64,000 nucleotides of DNA, from assembly GCA_001805445.1 (NCBI GenBank), contig MHGF01000035.1, positions 25,279 through 89,278 of the forward strand. Direction: 5' to 3'. Made by a program: the position numbers and the translations under genes. Positions 41,989 through 51,400 of the stretch are shown one piece after another. Each line of letters opens with the position of its first letter. The stretch's first letter is position 1. The stretch is from Omnitrophica WOR_2 bacterium GWF2_43_52. GTDB taxonomy: Bacteria; Omnitrophota; Gorgyraeia; Gygaellales; UBA12090. The notes below the pieces were generated by a model. The model had not been told where the DNA came from. It ran no database searches and saw only the letters and a list, made by a program, of their open reading frames with translations.

Positions 41989-42495
41989 ATGATGATACTG
42001 AAAGGTTCAGCAGTGTTGTTAGGGGATAATATCAATACGGATTTTATAATTTCCGGAAGGTATAAGTTTTCGATTACCGATATGAAAGAATTAGCCAAAC
42101 ATATTATGGAGGATATTGACCCCGAGTTTCCAAAAAAATTAAGGCCGGGCGAATCAATTATTGTGGCGGGTGAAAATTTCGGCATGGGCTCATCCCGTGA
42201 GCAGGCGCCGCTTGTTATCAAGGAATCTGGGATTGTCGCGGTTGTCGCGAAGTCTTTCGCGAGAATTTTCTACCGTAACGGTTTTAACATTGGATTACCG
42301 TTAATTGAGGCGGATACACGAAACATTAAAGAACATGACAAGCTCTTGATTGACGTAGAGGCTTCGTTTCTAGAAGACTCCACACAGAAATTCAAAACCA
42401 AGATACAGCCGCTGTCTCGGATTATGCAGACATTACTGCAGGATAACGGGATTGTCAGTCATATCAAGAAGCATCAGGGAAAGATAGTATTATAA
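41989..42495 (+). CDS. Aconitase-family dehydratase small subunit (LeuD/HacB-like)
   Basis: DNINTDFII, NFGMGSSREQA, SFARIFYRN. Confidence 0.9.
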   Translation: MMILKGSAVLLGDNINTDFIISGRYKFSITDMKELAKHIMEDIDPEFPKKLRPGESIIVAGENFGMGSSREQAPLVIKESGIVAVVAKSFARIFYRNGFNIGLPLIEADTRNIKEHDKLLIDVEASFLEDSTQKFKTKIQPLSRIMQTLLQDNGIVSHIKKHQGKIVL

Positions 42496-42570
42496 AGCTT
42501 TGTGTATGGCACTTATTGCTAAATTGTATACTACAATTTAGCAATTTTACTTAAGAGGAAAAAACTCCCT

Positions 42571-43653
42571 ATGGCATATAAGGTAACGTTAATTTCTGGG
42601 GATGGGATTGGCCCTGAAGTCTCTATGGCAACAAAAAAATGCCTTGAGGCAACGGGGGTTGTATTTGATTGGGAAGAGGTCTTGGCAGGAAGCGCTGCCA
42701 TAGAAAAATACGGCACCCCTCTTCCGGAAAATGTTTTAAAATCCGTGCGTAAGAATAAAGTAGCTATTAAGGGGCCGATCATCACGCCGATAGGGAAAGG
42801 TTTTCGTTCAGTGAATGTCGCGCTCAGGCAAAAACTTAATCTTTTTGCCTGCCTTAGGCCCGCAAAATCAATACCGGGAATAGTCTCCGCGTATTCTGAT
42901 ATAGATTTGGTTATTGTCCGGGAGAATACTGAAGACCTCTACGCAGGTATTGAGTTTGAAAGAGGACAGCCCAATACCAGGAAATTGATCCTTACCCTTG
43001 AGAAATTACAAGAGAAGAAAATCAGCCACGACGCGGCTATTTCCATTAAACCGATTTCACCTGCAGCAAGCAGGAGAATCGTGAAGTTCGCTTTTGAATA
43101 CGCTCTCTCCAATAACCGTAAGAAAGTAACCGCGGTCCATAAGGCGAACATTATGAAATTTACCGATGGTTTATTCCTGGAAACGGCACAAAGGGTGGCT
43201 AAGGAATATGAAGGCAGGGTAAAGTTTGATGATTGCATTGTAGATAATCTGGCGATGCAATTGGTCAAGAACCCGCAAAAGTTTGATGTCTTAGTGCTTC
43301 CTAACCTTTACGGCGATATTATTTCCGACCTGTGCGCGGGTTTGATTGGAGGGCTAGGGGTTGCCGCGGGGGCGAATATCGGGAAGAACATTGCTTTATT
43401 TGAGCCGGTACATGGATCAGCGCCTAAGTACGCGGGATTAAACAAGGTTAATCCTACGGCGATGATTTTATCCGGGGTTTTAATGCTTAAGCATCTGGGT
43501 GAGTTTGAGGCAGCGCGGCGCTTAGAAGCGGCAGTAATCGCGGTAATTAAAGAAGGTATATACGTAACCTACGACTTGAAAAAAATCAGAGACGATGCTT
43601 CGGCGGTAGGGACTCAAGAAATGGCGGATGCGATATGCAAAAGACTGCGATAA
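42571..43653 (+). CDS. Isocitrate/isopropylmalate dehydrogenase family protein, IDH-like
   Basis: [41 protein letters not shown]. Confidence 0.85.
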   Translation: MAYKVTLISGDGIGPEVSMATKKCLEATGVVFDWEEVLAGSAAIEKYGTPLPENVLKSVRKNKVAIKGPIITPIGKGFRSVNVALRQKLNLFACLRPAKSIPGIVSAYSDIDLVIVRENTEDLYAGIEFERGQPNTRKLILTLEKLQEKKISHDAAISIKPISPAASRRIVKFAFEYALSNNRKKVTAVHKANIMKFTDGLFLETAQRVAKEYEGRVKFDDCIVDNLAMQLVKNPQKFDVLVLPNLYGDIISDLCAGLIGGLGVAAGANIGKNIALFEPVHGSAPKYAGLNKVNPTAMILSGVLMLKHLGEFEAARRLEAAVIAVIKEGIYVTYDLKKIRDDASAVGTQEMADAICKRLR

Positions 43654-44564
43654 TCGGCGCGGGTAATGTCGGTGGGCAAACGGCCCTGTTATTAATGCAG
43701 GCCGGTATTAGGGATATCCTTCTCCTTGATGTGGCGGGAGGCCTTGCCAAAGGAAAGGCCCTTGATTTAGAGGATTGCGCGAGTATTTTTAAAAGGGATT
43801 GTGTTATAGAAGGAAGCGATGATTTTTCGCTCTTAAAAGAGTGCTCGGTTGTTATTATTACCGCGGGCCTAGCCCGTAAACCGGGAATGACGCGGGATGA
43901 TTTGCTTAGAAAGAACTCAGAGATTGTAAGCGGTATCGCCTTAAAGGTAAAAGAATACGCCCATACTTCAATAGTGCTCGTGGTAACGAATCCCGTAGAC
44001 ATAATGACGTCCTTAGTTGCCAAGGTAACAGGCTTTGACACAAAAAGAGTTTTTGGCATGGGGGTAAGCCTGGATGGGGCACGATTTGCCAATATAATTC
44101 ATCAGGAACTAAAAATACCGGTAACCGCCATAGAAGCAGTCGTTATTGGAAACCATGGGCAAACTATGGTTCCCGCGCCGGCCTTAACACAGGTTTCAGG
44201 AAAACCTCTTGCAACATTGATGAATAAAGAGGCTGTAGCAAGGCTTACGCAGGCAACGGTAGAACGGGGAGCGGCTATTGTAGGTTATTTAGGCTCCGGG
44301 AGTGCTTACTTCGCTCCGGCAGCCGCGATTGCGGATATTGTTAAGGCTATAGTTAATGATGAAAAGCGCGCTCTGGGAGTATGCGCTTATTTACAGGGTG
44401 AATATGGCGTAAAGGATGTATACCTTGGGGTTATGGCATATATAGGTAAGCACGGTATAGAAAAGATAGTGGAATTGAAATTAAGCCCTGAAGAGAAAGA
44501 TGCTTTCCACAAGTCCGCGGATTCTGTCCGTCAGCAGTTACGTAGCGCGTTTAGAGAAAAATAG
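43635..44564 (+). CDS. mdh: Malate dehydrogenase (LDH-like)
   Basis: [16 protein letters not shown] (Arg specificity residue), GSAYFAP. Confidence 0.92.
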   Translation: MQKTAIIGAGNVGGQTALLLMQAGIRDILLLDVAGGLAKGKALDLEDCASIFKRDCVIEGSDDFSLLKECSVVIITAGLARKPGMTRDDLLRKNSEIVSGIALKVKEYAHTSIVLVVTNPVDIMTSLVAKVTGFDTKRVFGMGVSLDGARFANIIHQELKIPVTAIEAVVIGNHGQTMVPAPALTQVSGKPLATLMNKEAVARLTQATVERGAAIVGYLGSGSAYFAPAAAIADIVKAIVNDEKRALGVCAYLQGEYGVKDVYLGVMAYIGKHGIEKIVELKLSPEEKDAFHKSADSVRQQLRSAFREK

Positions 44565-44591
44565 GATTTCCCGTTTTTTTTCTTGGTAGCC

Positions 44592-44619
44592 TTGACAATA
44601 CATTTTTTTGTGTTATACT
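44592..44619 (+). promoter_or_regulatory. Sigma70-type promoter upstream of riboswitch 1
   Basis: TTGACA-16 nt-TATACT with TG extended -10. Confidence 0.75.
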
Positions 44620-44659
44620 TTAAGTAGAAAGTTGCACATTGACATAATAAGTAAGTGCA

Positions 44660-44746
44660 CCAAATGAAAAAGGCAAATTCGCCGTAAGGCGGAGACGCAA
44701 AGCTTCCGGTCCTGAAAGTAAAGGATAGCGGGGTTGCCAAAGGGTG
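44660..44746 (+). ncRNA. c-di-GMP-I (GEMM) riboswitch
   Basis: GGCAAA-TTCGCC-GTAA-GGCGGA-GACGCAAAGCTTCCGGTCCT...GGATAGCGGGGTTGCC fits the GEMM core. Confidence 0.88.
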
Positions 44747-44756
44747 GAGTACAATG

Positions 44757-44794
44757 ACCCTAAAGCGGAGTATGCGCCTTTAGGGTTTTCTTAT
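44757..44794 (+). terminator. Intrinsic terminator (riboswitch 1 expression platform)
   Basis: ACCCTAAAG...CTTTAGGGT followed by TTTCTTAT. Confidence 0.7.
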
Positions 44795-44831
44795 TGAGCC
44801 GCCAAGTTTTGTGGCGGTAGATGGAAAAAGT

Positions 44832-44875
44832 GAGCCCTTATGAAAGGAATGCCTTTTATGGGGGCTTTTTATTTT
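44832..44875 (+). terminator. Second intrinsic terminator-like hairpin
   Basis: AGCCCTTATGAAAGG-AATG-CCTTTTATGGGGGCT followed by TTTTATTTT. Confidence 0.65.
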
Positions 44876-44893
44876 AATAACCCACTAGCCACG

Positions 44894-44944
44894 CCCCGTC
44901 AGAAACTGCGGTGTGAGTATAAAAACAAGAGGTTTCTAACGGGG
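44894..44944. repeat. Solo CCCCG...CGGGG cassette flanked by CACG direct repeats
   Basis: CACG-CCCCGTCAGAAAC...CAAGAGGTTTCTAACGGGG-CACG; similar to the 53-bp units at 2055 and 2160. Confidence 0.8.
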
Positions 44945-45057
44945 CACGTCCACCACAAAGCGTTGGCGGACAAGGAAGGTAAAAGATGGAGGTCAGTCCC
45001 CGTAGGAAACGCGTAAGCTGTTTCTTCCGGGGTAACTCCTGGAGGAGGGATGAAACG

Positions 45058-45336
45058 ATGAGTAAGAAACCTGTTACGCATAGGGTGGTAACATTCTTGA
45101 CACGGGAGGAACTAGACTTCCTCGATAAGCTTGAGAAGGATGTGATGTTTTCAAGCGGCAAATACATATCGAGGTCGCAGATACTTCAGGATATGGCAGA
45201 ACTTTTAGCCAAAACCAAGATGAATGCCACAGGGATTAAGGACAATCAAGAGCTCAAATCCAAGATTCAGGAAGCTATTGCTAAGCTCTATCAGGAGCAA
45301 GAAAACAGCCAAAGTTCCAATGAGCCAGGGCAATAA
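45058..45336 (+). CDS. Small putative ribbon-helix-helix DNA-binding protein
   Basis: HRVVTFLT strand, REELDFLDKL helix, SRSQILQD helix; GGAGG upstream (ORF track starts at 44986). Confidence 0.55.
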   Translation: MSKKPVTHRVVTFLTREELDFLDKLEKDVMFSSGKYISRSQILQDMAELLAKTKMNATGIKDNQELKSKIQEAIAKLYQEQENSQSSNEPGQ

Positions 45337-45357
45337 GATGGATACTTTCTCTGATGA

Positions 45358-45384
45358 TAGGGCAACCACAAGGGTTGCCCCTAC
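45358..45384. repeat. GTAG-type REP palindrome
   Basis: GGGCAACC-ACAAG-GGTTGCCC-CTAC (GTAG on the - strand). Confidence 0.65.
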
Positions 45385-45770
45385 GTTGGGGGATATTGCT
45401 TTTTAGGATAGAGCGGCCGAATAGGTTCTATAAGGGCGCGATTATCCTGTCAGCGGTGGAACATTGCTCTCAGCGAAGAGCGGTTTATGTGCGGGAATAT
45501 GGGTATCAACATGATAATCAACGATAAGGATGGAGTTTCTATGAAGCGGATGATACGGAAAACAAGCCAGAAGAAGTCCAGGCGTGGCCTAAGAAAGCGC
45601 CTTAGCTTCCTTGAACTGGTGCGTTTAGCTGTAGATTTGCCCCTAGGCTATAGCCCCAGTATAGGAAATAAGTATTAATCTGTGCAAGGCATAGTATCAG
45701 TTTCTTGGTACATTTTAGAATAAGTTAATGCTCAATTCTTTAAATGGTGGAAATGAAAAAGGAGGTTACA

Positions 45771-47978
45771 ATGGATAAGAAGAAGAGATTTAATGCATGT
45801 CTTAGTATATTGATTACAAGTTTATTAGTAATAAGCTCTACGACTACTTTCGCGCAAGAAAAAAAGCCTATACGCGTGGTTGTTTTTGGCTGGGATGGTA
45901 CGCAGAGGAGTGATCTTATTGATATTTTGCAGGATGAAACGGATAGGTCTTCAGAGCAATGGCAAGATATAAATATCACGACTGCAGAACAATTGTATGA
46001 AGCCGCGGTTCAGAATCTGCAAGGTAAACTGTTAGCAGATTCCTCTTTTCTTATTAAGAAAGACCTTCCGAAAAAAGATTTTCTCCCGACATTAAGGAAA
46101 ATTATTGAGCAGGGACGCATTGTGAAGATACATATTTCAGAGAATACCGCAACAAAACCAGGTTGGACACAGATACTTACCGGCTATAACGCGGATATAA
46201 CCGGCGTTTATAAGAATACCCCTGGCTACTATACAGCTTTTCCCCGAGGGTATAGTATCTTTGGGCGCCTGGCCGATACCTTCGGCCCGGATAACATTTA
46301 CAATATAATGGTTACTGGCAAGGATAAGCATATAGGTACTAAAGAGCTTAGCGCCAATAATATATTGCCCTTTTATAATGAAGTAATTGTTGATAAGAAG
46401 AAAAATTATTATAATTATTTGGATTATCAGGCTACGGATAGGCAGAGAATGCCTGATGAAGTATATGCTGAAGCCGAAAATGCTTTAAACGAATATGCCA
46501 AGGTTAAAAATCAAAATCTCTTTGCGTTTATTCATTTTTGCTGGCCTGACGGAATTGGCCATCAATATGGTGAAGGGACCGAAGAATACCGTTTAGCAAT
46601 AGAAGTAGTTGATTATTATACCGGTAAAATAATAGAGAAAATGAAAGCCCTGGGTATATACAATGGCACTTCGATATATATTACTTCTGACCATGGATTT
46701 GATAAACAGGGCGCGCGTTATCCGTATAAGCGTTATAACAGTGATGACGAGAAACTAGAAGCTGAGGAGGAAGTAAACGATGGCCGCGAGGGTGACCATT
46801 ATGGGGCGCCGCATACTTTTTTAGCCACAAATGACCCTGCAGTGGTACGGGGCGGAAATCGCAGGGATATTGCCCCCACTATTCTAAGAAAATTCAAGAT
46901 AGACTTAACAACCGTGAAGCCTAAACTTTCAGGGATACCCTTAACAAAATATAATTTCCCCAAAGACATAAGTGATGTTAATAAAGAAGATCAGCAGTTG
47001 CTTGAAGAAAATCTGCCTTATACTGGCGCAGATAATTCTTTAGGGCCGAAAGAAATTAAAAGAATGTTACTGGTAAGCTGGTCGGGCGCGAATCGAACGC
47101 GCATAAAAGAACTCCTTCAAAAAGGCGAATTACCCAACTTGAAAAAGCTGATTCAAGAAGGAAATTTATTAGATATAGATAGTACTAGTGTGATGATCGA
47201 TGAATTGGCCGCAGAACCTCTTGCTGGAATGTCATGCCTTCTTTCAGGATATGAGGCAGATCTGACAGGAGTTTACGACCATGCAAAAATTGCTGCCTCT
47301 CTTCCTGAGGGATATACGGTTTTCGAACGTTTGGAGAAGTTTTTTAAAAATAAAACAGATGAATCTGGTATTGCTACCGCGGCAATTATCGGTAAGGATG
47401 ATATAAAAGATTTTTCTAACAAAGGGATTGAGTATATGTTCGGAAAGAGCAAGAAGAATATTGATACGTTTATAATTGAGGAAACAGCAAAAATTACTGG
47501 TAAAACACTAAATTTTTTAAACGAGTGTGAGAATAATAAGTTAAAGGTATTTGCCTTTGTGCATTACAGCTATCCTGACCTCGCCGGCCACCAATACGGT
47601 GAGAATTCACCAGAATACAGAGAAGCGATAAAAAGATGCGATAAGGAGTTAGGGGAATTGATGCGTCTTTTCGAAAGTAAAGAGAAATACGATAATACGC
47701 TTTTTTATGTTAGCGCTACCAATGGATTTGAGAATGGCGATCTGCCCAGGAAAGGAAAGGCAATCCTAGAGTATGGGGACCTGGGGAAATCGCATTTTCT
47801 CGGTTCATATGTATTCTTGGCTACTAATGATAGTAGGCTTAAGAGGCATGGGTTACAGATAGATATTGTTCCTACTATTTTAAGAAGGTGGGGGATGGGT
47901 GTAAATCAAATATATCCAGTGCTTCCCGGAAAAGTTTTAAGTCAGACAATGGATAACTGGGTAAGGGAATATGAATAG
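45771..47978 (+). CDS. Secreted alkaline-phosphatase-superfamily (NPP/phosphodiesterase-like) protein with two tandem domains
   Basis: Signal peptide; GWDG, ATKPGW..ILTG, PDGIGH, TSDHG; second copy with PDLAGHQYG; GGAGG before ATG 45771. Confidence 0.75.
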   Translation: MDKKKRFNACLSILITSLLVISSTTTFAQEKKPIRVVVFGWDGTQRSDLIDILQDETDRSSEQWQDINITTAEQLYEAAVQNLQGKLLADSSFLIKKDLPKKDFLPTLRKIIEQGRIVKIHISENTATKPGWTQILTGYNADITGVYKNTPGYYTAFPRGYSIFGRLADTFGPDNIYNIMVTGKDKHIGTKELSANNILPFYNEVIVDKKKNYYNYLDYQATDRQRMPDEVYAEAENALNEYAKVKNQNLFAFIHFCWPDGIGHQYGEGTEEYRLAIEVVDYYTGKIIEKMKALGIYNGTSIYITSDHGFDKQGARYPYKRYNSDDEKLEAEEEVNDGREGDHYGAPHTFLATNDPAVVRGGNRRDIAPTILRKFKIDLTTVKPKLSGIPLTKYNFPKDISDVNKEDQQLLEENLPYTGADNSLGPKEIKRMLLVSWSGANRTRIKELLQKGELPNLKKLIQEGNLLDIDSTSVMIDELAAEPLAGMSCLLSGYEADLTGVYDHAKIAASLPEGYTVFERLEKFFKNKTDESGIATAAIIGKDDIKDFSNKGIEYMFGKSKKNIDTFIIEETAKITGKTLNFLNECENNKLKVFAFVHYSYPDLAGHQYGENSPEYREAIKRCDKELGELMRLFESKEKYDNTLFYVSATNGFENGDLPRKGKAILEYGDLGKSHFLGSYVFLATNDSRLKRHGLQIDIVPTILRRWGMGVNQIYPVLPGKVLSQTMDNWVREYE

Positions 47979-48009
47979 AAAGCGCTTTCAAAAACAGGCT
48001 GTTTTGGTC

Positions 48010-48037
48010 TTGAAAAGCGGTTTTTCTGTGATAAACT
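48010..48037 (+). promoter_or_regulatory. Candidate sigma70 promoter upstream of riboswitch 2
   Basis: TTGAAA-16 nt-TAAACT with TG extended -10. Confidence 0.5.
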
Positions 48038-48052
48038 TTAATCATCACTGAA

Positions 48053-48300
48053 AATCCGAAAACTTATACCCGTTATTACGAGTATAAGTCCATCTGAAAC
48101 AATTCAGATGGAGGCAAACTTCCGCCACAAACAATGGCGGATCCGCCAATCTTTGTGGCGGACCGAGAAATCGGAGGGCATCCTGAAGTAATTTTAGGAT
48201 CTTGTTAAGGAGAGAAAACCTTCGCAAGGCAAAGCCACAGGGTCTAATGCTCCTGCCGCAGGCAGGATGCGATGACAGCCTGGCGCACCGATAACGCGGA
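48053..48300 (+). ncRNA. c-di-GMP-I (GEMM)-type riboswitch interrupted by inserted hairpins
   Basis: Removing hairpin blocks gives AGGCAAA-CTCCGA-GAAA-TCGGAG-GGCGCAAAGCCACAGGGTCTAA...ATGACAGCCTGGCGCACCGA. Confidence 0.72.
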
Positions 48301-48315
48301 AGAATTCCACGCTAT

Positions 48316-48359
48316 TAAAGCCAAGCTGTCAAAACAATGACAACTTGGCTTTATATTTT
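48316..48359 (+). terminator. Intrinsic terminator (riboswitch 2 expression platform)
   Basis: TAAAGCCAAGCTGTCA-AAACAA-TGACAACTTGGCTTTA followed by TATTTT. Confidence 0.75.
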
Positions 48360-48493
48360 ACAGGCATCTTAAGAAGTTTTGCAAAGTCAGTAAGGAATGA
48401 GAGTAGTATTAGATTTAACATATTCATCTGACAAAAACTGCAAGACGAAAGGCGTTTCTCGGCATACATTTTTTGCCCAAGGAGGATAGAGAA

Positions 48494-51400
48494 ATGAAGG
48501 CTATATTTTATAATACGAGTAAATCGTTTGTTATGGGATTAATAGTTTTTATAATGGGAAGCATGGCAGCAGGGAGTGTTTTGGCAAATAGCTATTATGT
48601 TGATCCGGTTAACGGTAGTGATAGTAGCAACGGCTCGCTCTCGCTACCATGGAGGACATTAGGAAATAGCATTGGGAAGCTTTCAGCGGGTGATACGCTG
48701 TATCTGCGAGGGGGCAATTATTTTGAAAGCGGCGTGAGGATTACTATTTCCGGGGCCCCGTCACAACATATTATAATTAAGAACTATAATGAGGAAATTC
48801 CCATAATTGACGGCGGGTATCAGGATTTTAGGGCAATTTCCAACAATGACTGGGAATTATATGATAGTCAAAGGAATATCTATCGTTCTACTAAAGCATA
48901 TCCCGGCGCAGGAAATAACGGGGCTATTCATGCGTTTCTGAAAATAGGCGAAATCACCACTAATCTTATCGCTTATGAGAGATATGGGGATCTTGCTTCT
49001 GACAATCAGCTCTACACTGAAACAGGAAGCATGTATCTTGGCCCGGGAGTGATTTGGAATAGTATTGACCAAAGGATATATATACGGCTTGTTTCTAGCG
49101 ATTTAGAATCGCAAATGGGTTACTCTATTCTATCTAATAGCGATCCCAGGCAAAATAGTATTTATATAGTGCCTCTAGGGGTAGTGGTGAATTTTGAAAA
49201 CAATGCTTCCTACTTAGATATAGAGGGGGTAAGTTTTAGATACCGTAATAACGCCCTGCGTTTTGCTTCCGGCCACCATATTAACGTAAAGAATGTCACG
49301 GTGTTTGGGGGAACAACGTATATCTTAACAGAACAAGCAGCGCATGATTTGGTATTTGATACTCTTATTGTAGATGGTTACTTTCCTGAATGGCTGGCAT
49401 TTAAGGACATAAAAAGCGCAACCAGGCCAGCGCACGCCATGGAAGTGGCAGCCTTCGTTTTACATGATTCAGAAAATGTTGAAATAATTAATTCTACCAT
49501 TCGAAATGTGATGGACTTTCTTGACGGAGGGGGGAATAATTTGCGCATCCATCATAATAGTTTCTTTGATATAAGAGATGATGTTGTCCAGCTTGACACG
49601 CAGTGTAATAACGTAGAGATGGCATATAACAGAGTTATAGGCTGCTCTAAGTCTTTTGATAGAAACCAAGGAGCTAATGCAACTAATTTAGGTACAAAGT
49701 ACGTCCATCATAATATCATAGATATCAGAAAACGACACCTGCACTTTCGACAGGGGGATCCTTTGTTTCAACAGGCGGGAGGTGACGGAAAGATACAAAA
49801 CAGGGCTTTTGGAACACATGGCACTATTGATATGGATCCCTGGAAGATTTACCACAATACTGTGTTAATAGGAAAGTCTGTGAATGCCCACCTTAGTCAA
49901 GACGGCATAGGATTTGATTATGATGAAACTACCGCACCTGGAGTACCTCACGAAGTATACAACAATATATTTATCCAGACTGAAGATCATAGAATGGGGC
50001 AGCGTTCGCGCGTGCATGACGGGTCGCAAATCCTGGATGGAAATTTATATTATCGCACCGTTTCAAACCCGACAGAACCTTTCTTCATTAATTGGGCAAA
50101 TGAGACATCACAGAGCAGTTTTAACTCTCTGGCCGCTTTTAAGGCAAGTAGTTTCTTTGATCAAACCAAACAATATTATACCCCCGGCTGGGAGGCAAAC
50201 GGCATAGAAGCAGACCCAATGCTTGATGAGGAGTATCATCCCGCGGCAAATAGCCCCGCGGCAACAGGAGCTGTTGACCTCTCTTCAAAAGGTTGGCCTG
50301 GGATAAGCGGCGAACAATATCGCGGCGCGCTATCCCCTGCGGCTGATACCAGTGTTCCTAGTATTACCATTATTTCCCCCACGTCCAATACAGCTTACGT
50401 AACTACACAAAGCGTAGTTTCGCTGTCAGGCACAGCGTCAGACGATAGAGGGGTAACGAGTGTTAACTGGTTAAATGATAGAGGAGGTAACGGCACAGCG
50501 ATAGGGACTAGTAATTGGTCAGTTGCCACTATTACCCTTAACGCAGGTAATAACCTGATAACGGTGAGCGCCTATGATGCCGCGGGTAATGTCGCAAATA
50601 ATACGTTAACCGTCACTTATGGGAGTGCGCCTACGGTAATTACAGGGACAAGTACAAACGTACTTGTTGATTCGTCAACAGTGAGCGCGGTAGTGAATCC
50701 GAATGGATTGAATACCACGGTGTATTTTCAATATGGAATAATTCCCGCCAACTATACGGGAAAAACAGCGAATCAAATACTCAGCGGCACAAATCGGCAG
50801 ACTATTAGCGCTCAGTTGATTGGTTTATCCGAGGCGACAGACTATTATTATCGCGCGGCAGCCAATAATAGCATGGGAACAGTCAATGGCGCGGAGATGA
50901 ATTTTACGACTACTGATATCAGCGCGCCAACAGGCTTAATCACTATTAATAATGGGGCAAGCTACACCAATACTACTGCGGTAACCTTAAGCCTCAGCGC
51001 GAGCGATAATCGAGGAGTAGTAGGTTATTACTTATCTACCAGTAACACTACTCCCTCAAGTTCAGCCGCTGGCTGGGTAGCGGTAAGCGCTGCTGCTAAC
51101 TATAGCACAAGTGTAAGTTATACGGTAACCACTGGCAATGGGCTTAAAACCATCTACTGCTGGTATAAGGATGTTGCGGGCAATGTTTCAATTGCAGCCA
51201 GCGGTTCAATTACCTTAGACACGCTGCTACCTGCGATAATTATCACCAGCCCCACTTCAAATTCAACGTATACTTCTATCACGAATACTATAACCATAAG
51301 CGGTACTGCAGCTAATTTAATCAGCGTTACGTGGTCCAACGATAGAGGGGGCTCAGGCACTGCCACAGGCACGAACAGTTGGTCTGTTAATACTATAAGC

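Noticed and set aside
42506-42520. Sigma54 promoter-like TGGCAC..TTGC (also GGCA..TTGC near 48460)
   Set aside because: GG-to-GC spacing is 8 and 12 nt, not the required 10
7820-44092. Many minus-strand and alternate-frame ORFs over housekeeping genes
   Set aside because: Antisense shadows of well-conserved + strand genes
44986-45057. Longer start for the RHH-like gene
   Set aside because: The extension is a translated hairpin cassette; ATG 45058 with GGAGG is preferred, although the longer start is not excluded
45487-45678. Small basic ORF (possible start 45541)
   Set aside because: Weak SD and no recognisable motif; not supportable without homology or expression data
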